From: an uncultured delta proteobacterium
GTDB taxonomy: Bacteria > Desulfobacterota > Binatia > Binatales > Binataceae
Assembly: GCA_963808235.1 (NCBI GenBank)
Contig: CAWEEQ010000004.1
Location: 1,888,001-1,952,000 of the forward strand
Length of the DNA stretch: 64,000 nucleotides
Reading direction: 5' to 3'
Below the pieces are notes generated by a model. The model did no database searches. It was not told the DNA's origin and saw nothing but the letters and a program-made list of their open reading frames with translations. The position numbers were made by a program, and so were the translations under genes. Shown here piece by piece: positions 18,752 through 28,882 of this stretch. The stretch's first letter is position 1. Each line of letters starts with the position of its first letter.

Positions 18752-19340
18752 TGGCGACAAAGCTCCTGACTTTAGCGTGATCCTTGATCCCCGGCGACGA
18801 CTCGACTCCGCTGGCGCAATCGACGCCATATGGTAATAGAGCGGCGACCTCGCCGACATTATCGGGCGTGAGGCCGCCCGCGACGAAAAGGCGGCTCGTG
18901 TCGAGACTGCGCAACTGCGCGAGCGAGATGCGGCATCCGGTTCCGCCGTAAAGTTGCGAATCGAAGGAATCGACGAGGACAAAATCCGCGCCGCGCATCC
19001 CGACCCGGCCCGTCTCGCCAATCTTCAATCGGTAGGCCGCGATCACTGGCACCGGCCATCCGGTGAGCATCGAATCGTCCTCGTCGCCGGAGAATTGGAT
19101 CAGGTCGAGGCTGAGCGCGCGGCGCCGCTCATCCACATATTCGCGCGCGGCGTTCACAAACACGCCGACGACCTTGACGCGCGCTCCGATTGCGTCGCGC
19201 ACGACGCGGGCGCGGTCGATCGACAGATAGCGCGGACTTGGCTCGAAGAAGTTCAGGCCAATCAGGTCGGCGCCCGCGTCTATCGAGGCGCGCGCGTCAT
19301 CGGCGCGAGTGACGCCGCATATTTTGACCATGACCGTCAC
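18732..19340 (-). CDS. trpF: Phosphoribosylanthranilate isomerase
   Basis: [33 protein letters not shown]. Confidence 0.95.
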   Translation of the reverse strand: MTVMVKICGVTRADDARASIDAGADLIGLNFFEPSPRYLSIDRARVVRDAIGARVKVVGVFVNAAREYVDERRRALSLDLIQFSGDEDDSMLTGWPVPVIAAYRLKIGETGRVGMRGADFVLVDSFDSQLYGGTGCRISLAQLRSLDTSRLFVAGGLTPDNVGEVAALLPYGVDCASGVESSPGIKDHAKVRSFVANAKRTR

Positions 19341-20143
19341 TTTGATTTGCTCGACGCGCCACCCTCGAACGCGTTTATCAGTTCGCTGAGTCTTGCTCCT
19401 GGAGCCGCTGTGCGCAGCAGACTCTCGCCAATCAGAAATGCACCCGCGCCAGACGCATCGAGCCGGCGCATGTCGCCGGCGGAATCAATTCCGCTCTCGG
19501 TAACGATCAGCGCCTCACCTTTGTAGCCATCGAGAAGGCGCTCGGTCACCGCGATGTCGGTTTTGAAAGTATGCAAATCGCGATTGTTGATGCCGATAAG
19601 TCCGGTGGCGATTTTTTCGGCGATTTGAAATTCGCTTTCGTTATGCGATTCGACCAAGGTCGCCATCTTGAGTTCGCGCGCCAGCGCTGCCAGCGAGCGG
19701 AGCTGGCCTTCTTTCAGCATCGCAACGATCAGCAAAATACAGTCCGCACCCGCCGCACGCGCTTCATACACCTGGTACGGATCGAAAATGAAATCCTTGC
19801 GCAGAATCGGGAGATCGACGGCGGCGCGGACCGCGCGCAAATCGTCGAGTGAACCCTTGAAGTGTTTGTCGGTCAACACCGAAATCGCCGCGGCGCCCGC
19901 CTTTGAATATTCAGCGGCCACGGACGCGGGATCGAGCCCGTGGAAAATGTCGCCCTTGCTCGGCGACGCGCGTTTGATCTCAGCAATGATCGCGGGCCGG
20001 CGCGAGCGGATCGCCCCAATAAAATCCTTCGGCTTCGGCGCGCGGCCTGCCGCGGCGACGATCGCAATCGGCGAGATCGCTTCGCGCTGGGCCCGCAGTT
20101 CGACGCGCTTGGCGGCGTAGATATCGTCGAGAATCGAGTTCAT
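19337..20143 (-). CDS. trpC: Indole-3-glycerol phosphate synthase
   Basis: IIAEIKRASPSKG, SVLTD, LRKDFI, GINNRDL, ESGI. Confidence 0.97.
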   Translation of the reverse strand: MNSILDDIYAAKRVELRAQREAISPIAIVAAAGRAPKPKDFIGAIRSRRPAIIAEIKRASPSKGDIFHGLDPASVAAEYSKAGAAAISVLTDKHFKGSLDDLRAVRAAVDLPILRKDFIFDPYQVYEARAAGADCILLIVAMLKEGQLRSLAALARELKMATLVESHNESEFQIAEKIATGLIGINNRDLHTFKTDIAVTERLLDGYKGEALIVTESGIDSAGDMRRLDASGAGAFLIGESLLRTAAPGARLSELINAFEGGASSKSK

Positions 20144-21162
20144 TTCAGTCCATTGCTGGCGCGCCGTATTTTTTCGATTACTTCGAGTGCCCTGCGCGAC
20201 GCGATTATCGCGCGAGCCGTATCGACGCCTTCTTTCAGCGAGTCCGCTTTGCCGCCGATGTAGATAGCGGCGCCGCCGTTGAGCGCGAGCACATCTTGCG
20301 CCGGCCCCATGCCGCCATCAAGCGCGCTCCGCAGCATCCGCACCGCGTCGTCGAGGTTGCTAATCATCAGCGCGCGTCGATCGCCGCGCTTCACTCCGAG
20401 ACTCTCAGGCGTGACGTGGTACTCGCGCAATTCACCGTCGGCGCGAAGCTCCGCAACCATCGTGGGTCCGCTTATCGATATCTCGTCGATTCCGTCCGCG
20501 CCGCGCACGACCATCGCGCGTCGCGTGCCCAGCGCCTTGAGCGCACGCGCCATCGGCCTTATCAAATTGTCTTCGGCAACTCCGAGCAGATGATATCGAG
20601 GGCGGGCCGGGTTGCCGATTGGGCCCATCAGGTTGAAGATCGTGCGGATTTTGAGTTCACGCCGGAGCGGAGCGAGCCGTGCGAAGCCCGGATGATACGC
20701 GGGCGCGAAGACGAGACAGCATCCCGCGGCGTCGAGGCATCGCTCGAGTCCCTCGTAATCGCAATCGACTTTGACTCCGAGCGCTTCGAGCACGTCGGCA
20801 GTTCCGACTTTTCCGCTGATCGCGCGATTGCCGTGCTTGGCGACCGGCACACCGGCGGCAGCCGCGATCAGCGCCGCGCCAGTGGAAATGTTGAAAGTAT
20901 CGGCACCGTCGCCGCCGGTTCCGCAGGTGTCGAGCACCTCGCGATCGCGCAAATTCAGCAGACGCGCGCGACTGAGCATTGCGCGCACGCCGCCCGCCAA
21001 CTCTTCGGCCTCGGCAGTTTTGATCTTCAGCGCGACCAGGAACGCGCCGACGACTGAATCGGGCGCACCGTCCATCACTTCGCCGATCGCGGCTTCAGCC
21101 TCGGCGTCGGTGAGTGAGCGCCCGTCGAGGAGCGTTACCAGTGCGTCGTGAAGTGCATTCAT
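20140..21162 (-). CDS. trpD: Anthranilate phosphoribosyltransferase
   Basis: DTCGTGGDG, FNIST, KHGNR, RTIFNLMGP. Confidence 0.96.
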   Translation of the reverse strand: MNALHDALVTLLDGRSLTDAEAEAAIGEVMDGAPDSVVGAFLVALKIKTAEAEELAGGVRAMLSRARLLNLRDREVLDTCGTGGDGADTFNISTGAALIAAAAGVPVAKHGNRAISGKVGTADVLEALGVKVDCDYEGLERCLDAAGCCLVFAPAYHPGFARLAPLRRELKIRTIFNLMGPIGNPARPRYHLLGVAEDNLIRPMARALKALGTRRAMVVRGADGIDEISISGPTMVAELRADGELREYHVTPESLGVKRGDRRALMISNLDDAVRMLRSALDGGMGPAQDVLALNGGAAIYIGGKADSLKEGVDTARAIIASRRALEVIEKIRRASNGLK

Positions 21163-21764
21163 TACGCGTTTCCGTTCCGATCGACTCGGTCGAGAAAGTT
21201 TTTCAGCAGATGCTTTCCTTCGCCGGTCAGGATCGATTCGGGATGAAACTGAACGCCTTCGACCGCGAGTTCCTTGTGTCGAAGGCCCATGATTTCGTTT
21301 TCGGCGGTGCGCGCGCTGACTTCGAGCGTCGGCGGTATCGACGCGGGATCGACAATCAGCGAATGATACCGCATCGCGTCGAAGGGACTCGGCAAGCTGG
21401 CAAAAATCGTCTTGCCATCGTGAATCACCGGCGAAGTCTTGCCATGCATCAGTCGCGTCGCGCGCACTACTTTTCCGCCGAACGCCTCACCGATGCACTG
21501 ATGGCCCAAACATACGCCGAGAATCGGCACCTCGCCCGCCATCTCGCGCAGAATCTTGAGCGAGATTCCCGCTTCGGCGGGCGTGCAGGGTCCCGGCGAG
21601 ATCACGATTGCGCGCGGCCGGAGAGTGCGCACGCCCGCGATATCGATCGCGTCGTTGCGCTTCACGGTGACGTCGGCGCCGAGTTCGCCCAAGTATTGCA
21701 CGAGGTTGTAGGTAAACGAATCGTAGTTATCGATCATCAGCAACCGAACTGGTTTCTTTTGCAT
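21162..21764 (-). CDS. trpG: Anthranilate synthase component II (glutamine amidotransferase)
   Basis: [29 protein letters not shown]. Confidence 0.96.
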   Translation of the reverse strand: MQKKPVRLLMIDNYDSFTYNLVQYLGELGADVTVKRNDAIDIAGVRTLRPRAIVISPGPCTPAEAGISLKILREMAGEVPILGVCLGHQCIGEAFGGKVVRATRLMHGKTSPVIHDGKTIFASLPSPFDAMRYHSLIVDPASIPPTLEVSARTAENEIMGLRHKELAVEGVQFHPESILTGEGKHLLKNFLDRVDRNGNA

Positions 21765-21770
21765 CGCGGT

Positions 21771-23276
21771 TTACCTTTTCGCCGCCGCTTCGAAATCGCG
21801 CGCGGCTTGGAGAGCGCGGACCATCGCGCGCGCTTTGTTAACAGACTCTTCGAATTCCGCGCCGGGATCGGAATCCGCGACGACTCCTCCGCCCGCCTGG
21901 ATATAGACGCGGTTGTTCTTGATCAGCAGCGTGCGCAGCGCGATCGCAGTGTCGGTGTTGCCGGTGAAGCTGAAGTAACCGACCGCGCCGGCGTAGACGC
22001 CGCGCCGCACCGTCTCCAACTCGTCGATAATTTCCATCGCGCGAATTTTCGGCGCGCCCGAGACCGTACCCTGCGGAAAGGTCGCCGCGAATGCGTCAAA
22101 CGCGTCGCAGTCCGGGCGCAGCACGCCGGTCACGTTCGACACGATATGCATTACGTGCGAATAGCGCTCGACGACCATCAGCTCGGTAACCTTCACCGAT
22201 CCGATTTCGGAGACCCGGCCAACGTCGTTGCGGCCGAGATCGACAAGCATGACGTGCTCGGCGCGCTCCTTCGGATCGGCGAGCAGTTCCTGCTCAAGTT
22301 CGCGATCTTCGGCCTCGGTCACCCCGCGCCTTCGCGTTCCCGCGATCGGTCGAAGCGTAATCTCGCGCCCTTCGACCCGGACCATCACCTCAGGCGACGC
22401 TCCGACCAGCGTGTGATCGCCCAGGCGCAGGTAGAACATGTAGGGCGACGGGTTAATCGTGCGCAGGCTGCGATAAATGTTAAACGGATGCGCCGTGAGC
22501 GGCGCTTCGAAGCGCTGTGAAGGGACGACCTGGATGACGTCGCCAGCCGCGATATATTCCTTCGCCGCCGAAACCATCGCCATGTAACCTTCGCGGGTCT
22601 GATTCGAGGTGATCGTGGTGTCGTTGACCACCGCGTTAGTCCCGCCTTCCAGAAAAGGCGGCACCGCCGGGCGTTTCAGGCGCTCGATTATCTCGTCGAT
22701 TTTCACTCGCGCACTTTGATACGCGGTGTGCACCGACGCGAATTCCTCGACCGGCACGTTGGCGATTATCTTGAGGGTTTGGCGCACGTTGTCGAAGCAC
22801 AGCACCGTGTCCGTAAACATCAGATGGAAGTCGGGGGTGCCGAGATCGTCGTGCGCGGTTTCGGGAATCTTCTCGAAGCATCGCACGATATCGTAAGCGA
22901 GAAATCCAACCGCGCCGCCGAAGAATCGGGGCAGGTTCGGCAGCTCCGGGGTGCGAAATCGCTTGACCTCGGCGCGCAACTCATCGAACGAGTTGGCGAC
23001 CGAGCGCACTTCAACGCCGCGGCCGGGCCGGATAATGTCCATCCGGTTTTTTCGTGCGCGCATCACGACCGACGGCTCCGATCCAAGAAACGTATAACGC
23101 CCCCACTTCTCGCCGCCGCGCACGCTCTCGAGCAGGAAGGAGTAGTCGTCGCGCGCGATCTTCAGAAAGGCGGAGACCGGAGTCTCGAGATCGGCGGCAA
23201 CTTCCTCGAAGACCGGGATCAGGTTGAATCCCTGCGCCGCCAGTTGTTCGAATTCGCGTTCACTCGGTTGCAGCAT
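21771..23276 (-). CDS. trpE: Anthranilate synthase component I
   Basis: DLETPVS, LLES, NPSPYM, PIAGT, EHVMLVDLGRND, GAPKIRAM. Confidence 0.97.
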   Translation of the reverse strand: MLQPSEREFEQLAAQGFNLIPVFEEVAADLETPVSAFLKIARDDYSFLLESVRGGEKWGRYTFLGSEPSVVMRARKNRMDIIRPGRGVEVRSVANSFDELRAEVKRFRTPELPNLPRFFGGAVGFLAYDIVRCFEKIPETAHDDLGTPDFHLMFTDTVLCFDNVRQTLKIIANVPVEEFASVHTAYQSARVKIDEIIERLKRPAVPPFLEGGTNAVVNDTTITSNQTREGYMAMVSAAKEYIAAGDVIQVVPSQRFEAPLTAHPFNIYRSLRTINPSPYMFYLRLGDHTLVGASPEVMVRVEGREITLRPIAGTRRRGVTEAEDRELEQELLADPKERAEHVMLVDLGRNDVGRVSEIGSVKVTELMVVERYSHVMHIVSNVTGVLRPDCDAFDAFAATFPQGTVSGAPKIRAMEIIDELETVRRGVYAGAVGYFSFTGNTDTAIALRTLLIKNNRVYIQAGGGVVADSDPGAEFEESVNKARAMVRALQAARDFEAAAKR

Positions 23277-23352
23277 GTCAGTCTCTCACTCCGAAGAAGT
23301 CGGTTTCTCTCTCGATACCCATCACTTCGACCAAGCCTGCTTCAATTCCCTC

Positions 23353-23392
23353 AAAAGAAAGAAAAGGGCCGCAGGTGTTGCCTGCGGCCCTT
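23353..23392 (-). terminator. trp attenuator terminator hairpin
   Basis: Minus strand aagggccgcagg-caaca-cctgcggccctt followed by ttctttctttt. Confidence 0.9.
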
Positions 23393-23415
23393 CAGAAATC
23401 GGTTTTGCGATGAAT

Positions 23416-23496
23416 TTACAAAGCCGGCGCGCAGGCGGGTGCATCAAGGTGCCAACGCCACCATCCCGCGCAAACATTTCGGCTCTTCAATTCCAT
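23416..23496 (-). CDS. trpL: trp operon leader peptide (26 aa)
   Basis: MELKSRNVCAGWWRWHLDAPACAPAL*; three Trp codons in four positions, just upstream of the terminator and trpE. Confidence 0.88.
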   Translation of the reverse strand: MELKSRNVCAGWWRWHLDAPACAPAL

Positions 23497-23506
23497 CGTT
23501 GAATTA

Positions 23507-23535
23507 ATAATCCACACGTGACGACAGCTTGTCAA
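23507..23535 (-). promoter_or_regulatory. trp operon promoter
   Basis: TTGACA-N17-GATTAT with TG extension, 10 nt before the trpL ATG. Confidence 0.65.
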
Positions 23536-23555
23536 TGCAGGCGCCGGGCCCTGCC

Positions 23556-24200
23556 TCAATGCGAGGTCGTATACGCCTGCCTGTATTGCTGGCGAAGTTT
23601 TTCCTGAGCAGCCGCTGCCTCTTGCGCAGAACCGTAGGGTCCCACGCGGACGCGATACCAGGTTTGCCCGCTGAGCGTCGTCGGCATTTCCTGCGCGTTG
23701 TAGCCGAGCTTCCCCAGCCGCGAGACCATCTCATCGGCGCCGCTCTTGTCCATCACGGCTTCGATTTGAATATTGAACGGATGGCGCATTGGCGCTGGCG
23801 CGGCAACGGCTGGACTCGTAGCCGGCGTGGAGTCGGCCTCTTCTTCCTCGGGCGCGGCGTCTGACGCCGATGGATTCGACGATGTCGCGGGCGCGGGAGG
23901 TTTAAGGCGCGCGACGGTGGCTGGCGCCGGGCGCAACGGCGGCGGCATCGCCGCGACGCGAGGTGGAGCGGTCGAGGACGCGCCCGCCGGTGGAGACATC
24001 TCGGCTATCGGGGCAGGCTTCGATTCGTCGGTCGGAGCACTCGGCAGAGGATACGTGGTCGAAGTTTGACTCACGTCGGGCTGGTTCTGGCGGGCCATCT
24101 GGTAACCGGCGACCAGGCCGAGCGCAAACACAGCGCCCGACAGGCCGATCAGAGCGACCAGGATTAGAAACGCGCCGCCGGTTCTGATTTCGAATCGCAT
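23556..24200 (-). CDS. SPOR-domain membrane protein (FtsN/DedD-like)
   Basis: N-terminal TM, Pro/Ala linker, WYRVRVGPY SPOR motif; downstream of argS. Confidence 0.88.
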   Translation of the reverse strand: MRFEIRTGGAFLILVALIGLSGAVFALGLVAGYQMARQNQPDVSQTSTTYPLPSAPTDESKPAPIAEMSPPAGASSTAPPRVAAMPPPLRPAPATVARLKPPAPATSSNPSASDAAPEEEEADSTPATSPAVAAPAPMRHPFNIQIEAVMDKSGADEMVSRLGKLGYNAQEMPTTLSGQTWYRVRVGPYGSAQEAAAAQEKLRQQYRQAYTTSH

Positions 24201-24210
24201 CTGCCCGCCC

Positions 24211-25887
24211 TCACATCCGCTCTGGTGCGCTAACGCCCAGCAATTCCAGTCCGCCGCCGATCGCCGACTTCAGAATTTCCGCCATAAACATTCGGGCCAC
24301 GCTCAATTCCCGATCCGGCCCGATTATACGGTTAGTTGGCTTGTTGTAGTAGCGATGGAACTCGCCGGCAAGCTCGAGCAGATAAAATGGTATCCGATGG
24401 GGTTCGAGCGCCTCCGCCGCCGCGGTCATCACCTGTGGAAGTCCGACCGCGCGCTTGGCGAGATCGAGTTCTTCGGCATCGAGCAGGTTGAGATCGATCT
24501 TTGAGGTATCTTCAGGCAAGCGAAGCCCTACTTTATCGCCCTCGCGAAAAATACTGGCCAGGCGCGCGTGCGCGTACTGGACGTAGAACACCGGATTTTC
24601 GGGCGCCTGCTTTTTGGCGAGCTCGAGATCGAAATCAAGCTGACTGTCCGACTTGCGGAACAGAAAAAAGAATCGCACCACATCGACGCCGACTTCGTCG
24701 ATGAGCTCGTCGAGCGTCACGTAAGTCGCCTTGCGGGTGGACATCTTGACCTTCTCGCCGCCGCGCGTGAGCGTGACGAACTGATAGATGATCGCGCGAA
24801 TCGGCGTAGTGTCGTAGCCGAGCGCTTTTACCGCGGCAACGACCTGCTGATGCTCTCCGATATGATCCGATCCAAATACGTCGACGATCAAGTCGAACCC
24901 GCGCTTGAGCTTCTCGATATGGTACGCGATGTCGGGCGTGCGATAGGTTGGCTGCCGATCGGGGCCGGAGCGCACCAGGACCGCGTCCTTCGGCAATCCT
25001 AGCGGCTCGCCGCGGAGCCACAGCGCGCCATCTTTTTCGACCACCAGATCACGCTTGCGAAGCTCGTCGAGGACCGCGTCGACCAGTCCCGCGTTCAGAA
25101 GATCCAGTTCGTTGGTGTAGACGTCGAAGCGGACTCGCAGGCGCTCGCACGTCTGCTTGATCTCGCCCATGATGGCTTCCACAGCGGCCGTGCGGAATAT
25201 GTCGAGCTCAGTGACATTGACCAGCTTGTCGCCCCGCTCGACCTTCAACGCTCGTGCGATATCGCGAATATATTCGCCCTGGTAACCGTCGGGCGGAAAC
25301 TCGATCTCGATCCCATGCTCATGCAGGTAGCGGACGCGGACCGACTCGCCGAGCAGTTTCATCTGACGCCCGCCGTCGTTGAAGTAGTACTCGCGAGTCA
25401 CGTCGAATCCGGCCGCTTCGTACAATCGCGCGATCGCGTCACCGAGCACGGCGTTGCGGCCATGGCCGACGGTGACGGGACCGGTAGGATTCGCGGAAAG
25501 AAATTCGACCTGCACCTTGCGCCCAGCACCCGGCCTAATCTCCCACGCGGCGGGCTTCCAAAATGTCTTCCCCGCGTTTGCCGCGCGCCGCATTTCGGAA
25601 TGCCAGTACTCGGGCGCCATCCTGAAATTGATAAATCCCGGCCCCGCGACTGTGACTTCGCTCACCTGGACCGGCAGCACGATCTGTTTTTGGATAATCT
25701 CCGCAATGGCGCGTGGCGATTTGCGCTCCGGCTTCGCGATCGCGAGCGCAACATTCGATGCCACGTCGCCATGCGCCGGGTCGCGCGGAGCTTCAACGCC
25801 TATCGATGGAGCCGTGGAAACAAGCTCGCCCGCAGCGCGAGCCCGCTCGATTGCAGCGCTAATAATTGAAACGATCAGATCTTTCAT
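24211..25887 (-). CDS. argS: Arginine--tRNA ligase
   Basis: HGDVASNVA, VEFLSANPTGPVTVGHGR, KMSTRK, NPVFYVQYAHAR, APERM. Confidence 0.97.
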   Translation of the reverse strand: MKDLIVSIISAAIERARAAGELVSTAPSIGVEAPRDPAHGDVASNVALAIAKPERKSPRAIAEIIQKQIVLPVQVSEVTVAGPGFINFRMAPEYWHSEMRRAANAGKTFWKPAAWEIRPGAGRKVQVEFLSANPTGPVTVGHGRNAVLGDAIARLYEAAGFDVTREYYFNDGGRQMKLLGESVRVRYLHEHGIEIEFPPDGYQGEYIRDIARALKVERGDKLVNVTELDIFRTAAVEAIMGEIKQTCERLRVRFDVYTNELDLLNAGLVDAVLDELRKRDLVVEKDGALWLRGEPLGLPKDAVLVRSGPDRQPTYRTPDIAYHIEKLKRGFDLIVDVFGSDHIGEHQQVVAAVKALGYDTTPIRAIIYQFVTLTRGGEKVKMSTRKATYVTLDELIDEVGVDVVRFFFLFRKSDSQLDFDLELAKKQAPENPVFYVQYAHARLASIFREGDKVGLRLPEDTSKIDLNLLDAEELDLAKRAVGLPQVMTAAAEALEPHRIPFYLLELAGEFHRYYNKPTNRIIGPDRELSVARMFMAEILKSAIGGGLELLGVSAPERM

Positions 25888-26008
25888 TTGTGATGCGGTG
25901 AATTGGCCCTGCAATGGTGTCAGATAGACGCCGCGATGTTAAGGCACGCGCCGCGGCTTGACCCTCCTCGCGTGGCGGTGCGAACCTCCGGGCTGGAGGC
26001 GCGATGCG

Positions 26009-26795
26009 ATGGATTTGGGACTCGGCGGCAAGGTCGCGATTGTAACCGGCGGCAGCAAGGGAATCGGGCGCGCGACGGCGATCGCCTTCGTCGAAGAAGG
26101 CGCCTCGGTGATGCTGTGTGCGCGCGGAAAAGAGGCGCTCGATGAAACCGCCGCGCTCGCATCGACGCGCGGGAAATCGGGCGACCGCGTCGAAGCAGTG
26201 CAGGCCGACCTCGGCAAGCCAGATGATTTGAAGCGGGTGGTCAAGCGATGCGTCGAGGCATTCGGCAAAATCGACATCCTCGTCAACAACGCGGGCAGCG
26301 CCCGGCCCGGAGATTTTCAGAAACTTACCGACGACGAATGGCTCGCGGACTGGAATCTCAAATTTTTCGGCTACGTGCGGATGGCGCGCGAGGTGCTCGC
26401 GCAGATGCGGGTTCAGGGGCACGGCGTCATCGTGAATGTGATCGGCACCGGCGGACTGATCCCGACCGGCGGTTACATGATCGGTGGCTCCGCAAACGCC
26501 GCGCTCAACCATTTCACCAAGGCGCTGGCGAACGAGGGTTCGAAGCACGGCGTGCGCGTGGTCGGAGTAAATCCGGGCCCGATTCTTACCGAGCGGCTAC
26601 TCTCGATGATGAAGCAGCGAGCGGCAGGCCGCGATCTCAGCGACGTGCTCAAGAGAAGCACCCCGCTCGGAACGTCCGGGCCGTCCCGAGGAGGTCGCCG
26701 ACCTGGTGATGTTCCTGGCATCCGAGCGCGCATCGTTCATTCATGGCGCGAACATCACGATCGACGGCGGCGCCAACCCAGGTCTAATCGGCTAG
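26009..26795 (+). CDS. SDR oxidoreductase, +1 frameshift near 26671
   Basis: [12 protein letters not shown]; removing one A in ggaa restores [37 protein letters not shown]. Confidence 0.88.
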
Positions 26796-26807
26796 GGAGC
26801 GGCCCCC

Positions 26808-27257
26808 CTACTCTTTTTTCTTGAGCTGCGCCGGACCGCTCGCGAGAGTTGGATAGCCCGAGCCCAACTGGATCAGCACTCCGTGCGCGGCGCGCGGCGA
26901 GATGAACGCCTCGTAGGACGTCGGCGACCACTCGGTCTCATCGACGATGCGCACGCCTTGCTCTTTCAGCTCGGCGGTTTTGCGCTTTGAGTCGGGCACG
27001 TTGAAGGTCAGGTGATGCATCCCCTCGCCGCGCTTTTCGAGAAACTTGTGCAGGAATGAATTTGCGCCGAGCGGCTCGAGCAGCTCGATCGTCAACCCGT
27101 TGAGGTCGAGTTCCGCGAGTTTGTATCCCGCCGCTTCGTTGGCGCCTTCGGTCATGAAGCTCGCGCCGAGGATGTCTTCGAAAAACTTGCGCGCCTCGGC
27201 GACGCTTTTTACCGCGATCCCGATATGGTCGAGTTTGCCGATTGGTCGATTGGCCAT
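26808..27257 (-). CDS. VOC-family protein, methylmalonyl-CoA epimerase-like
   Basis: LDHIGIAV, IELLEP, FLEKRGEGMHH, AFISPRAAHGVLIQL. Confidence 0.85.
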   Translation of the reverse strand: MANRPIGKLDHIGIAVKSVAEARKFFEDILGASFMTEGANEAAGYKLAELDLNGLTIELLEPLGANSFLHKFLEKRGEGMHHLTFNVPDSKRKTAELKEQGVRIVDETEWSPTSYEAFISPRAAHGVLIQLGSGYPTLASGPAQLKKKE

Positions 27258-27316
27258 CGCTACTTGCTCCAAAGTTGTTTGACTTGGCTCTCGAATATGA
27301 TCGAATAAGAGCGCGT

Positions 27317-27817
27317 ATGCCAGCGAACGCATGGAAGCTGCCGCCGATCGTTAAAGTGTACGAGGCGCTCGGCGCGATTGGCGATGGCCGCGTCCGAATC
27401 GAGGACGGACGCCGCGCGTTCGTCACTTCGTCCGACGCCGCCAAAACCTACGAGGTGGAAACTTCCGACGACGGCCGCGAAATCGCGTCGAACGACAACG
27501 CGTCGTATTGGCAGGGCTACCTGGGCTATCCGGCGATCGCGGTGTTGCTCGCGCGCGGGTTTTATCGGCCGCCGGCCAACGTGACCGACGCGCTGGCGGG
27601 AGTCGCGTGGAAGGAACTCAATCGCAAGTTCAAAAACGATTACGCAAAGACAATCGCGGAAGTCGAGAAGCAACTCGAGCAGAGCGGGCACGATCCCGAC
27701 GCGGTCCGGTCGGAGGCTGACGCCGTGCTCAGCTTCCTCGGCGCACTCGGACCGGTTCGCGGCAAGCGTACTCGCCCTCCGGCGGAGAAGCCGATCGCAA
27801 AATTACACTCGCGCTAG
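27317..27817 (+). CDS. Hypothetical protein
   Basis: Clean ORF WKLPPIVKVYEALGAI...SNDNASYWQGYLGYPAIAVLL...WKELNRKFKNDY filling the intergenic gap. Confidence 0.8.
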   Translation: MPANAWKLPPIVKVYEALGAIGDGRVRIEDGRRAFVTSSDAAKTYEVETSDDGREIASNDNASYWQGYLGYPAIAVLLARGFYRPPANVTDALAGVAWKELNRKFKNDYAKTIAEVEKQLEQSGHDPDAVRSEADAVLSFLGALGPVRGKRTRPPAEKPIAKLHSR

Positions 27818-27835
27818 CGTAAAGACCGTGCCTTG

Positions 27836-28144
27836 CTAACTGCAGGTGCCGCTCACCGACACGGTGTAGTACTGCACGATAAGAAAATCGCGCATGTTCA
27901 GTTCAGTTGCGACTCCCGACACTTTCCCGGTGGCGCAATTGCCAAGCAGATTTGCCAATGCGGCTTGAGTGAGCCCGGACGGCGTAACCAGGTACACGTA
28001 TCCGTAGTCGCTCGCGCTGCCGGATATCGACGCGCCTGCGCCGGTGCGATCGGAAATCGCGCTGGATCGGATGAACACGCATCCCGAAGTCGACACGCAT
28101 ATCGCCAGTAGCGACCCGAGCAGGATCGCATTGATTTGTTTCAT
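27836..28144 (-). CDS. Small lipoprotein (TRL/Bor-like, tentative)
   Basis: Lipobox-like TSGC after hydrophobic segment; two further Cys, one at the C-terminus. Confidence 0.65.
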   Translation of the reverse strand: MKQINAILLGSLLAICVSTSGCVFIRSSAISDRTGAGASISGSASDYGYVYLVTPSGLTQAALANLLGNCATGKVSGVATELNMRDFLIVQYYTVSVSGTCS

Positions 28145-28200
28145 CGTTTGACGAGCCTCCGGTTTCTGAGCCGCACGAATAGTATATCATTGCCAGCGAT

Positions 28201-28833
28201 ATGGCGGACTCGATAACTCCATTTTTTTCCATTTGGACCGAACCGCGCGCGACGATCCGGCGCATCGTGGATTCGGATCCAACCCGCAACGTGCTGGCGC
28301 TGGCGGCGATCGCTCCGGCGCTGAACTCCCTGGTTGGCCAATGGTCTAGCGCGATGAATGGAACCGCCAGCCAATCGGTGCTGTGGCCTCTGTTAGTTGC
28401 GGTCGGCGTCGCGTTTCAAGCGGGATTGGGAATTCTTGGCCTCTACATTTCCGGCGCCGTCATAAGATGGTCGGGCGGCCTGCTCGGCGGCACCGCGAGC
28501 AGCGTGGAGGTGCGCGCCGCTCTCGCATGGGCGCAAATACCTGCGATCGTTACGGAGATCGTTTTGCTGCTCGCACTATTTGCCGGAGTGCCGATGCCCA
28601 AGATGCCGCCCGGGCACTTTCCTCAAATCGATCCGGCGTTCTACAAGGTCATGCCGGTAGTGGCCGTGCTGGGAATCTGGGGCTTCATCGTCGACCTCAA
28701 ATGCATCGGCGAGGTGCATCGATTTTCCGCGTGGCGTGCCTTCGGCGCGATCCTGATACCGGGGCTCGTCTTGATAGCCGTCGTTGGGCTCGGGGTATTC
28801 CTGTTCGCGTCGATCGCAGGCGGGAATCACTAA
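28201..28833 (+). CDS. Yip1-family membrane protein
   Basis: SIWTEPRATIR, GGLLGG, RAALAW, EVHRFSAWRAF. Confidence 0.85.
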   Translation: MADSITPFFSIWTEPRATIRRIVDSDPTRNVLALAAIAPALNSLVGQWSSAMNGTASQSVLWPLLVAVGVAFQAGLGILGLYISGAVIRWSGGLLGGTASSVEVRAALAWAQIPAIVTEIVLLLALFAGVPMPKMPPGHFPQIDPAFYKVMPVVAVLGIWGFIVDLKCIGEVHRFSAWRAFGAILIPGLVLIAVVGLGVFLFASIAGGNH

Positions 28834-28846
28834 TGCGACCCGGGCT

Positions 28847-28882
28847 GAATAGCTGGTCCAATAGCAAGTCGAATAGCTAGTT
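28847..28882. repeat. Imperfect 12-bp tandem repeat x3
   Basis: gaatagctggtc / caatagcaagtc / gaatagctagtt; last unit contains the recD2 stop. Confidence 0.6.
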
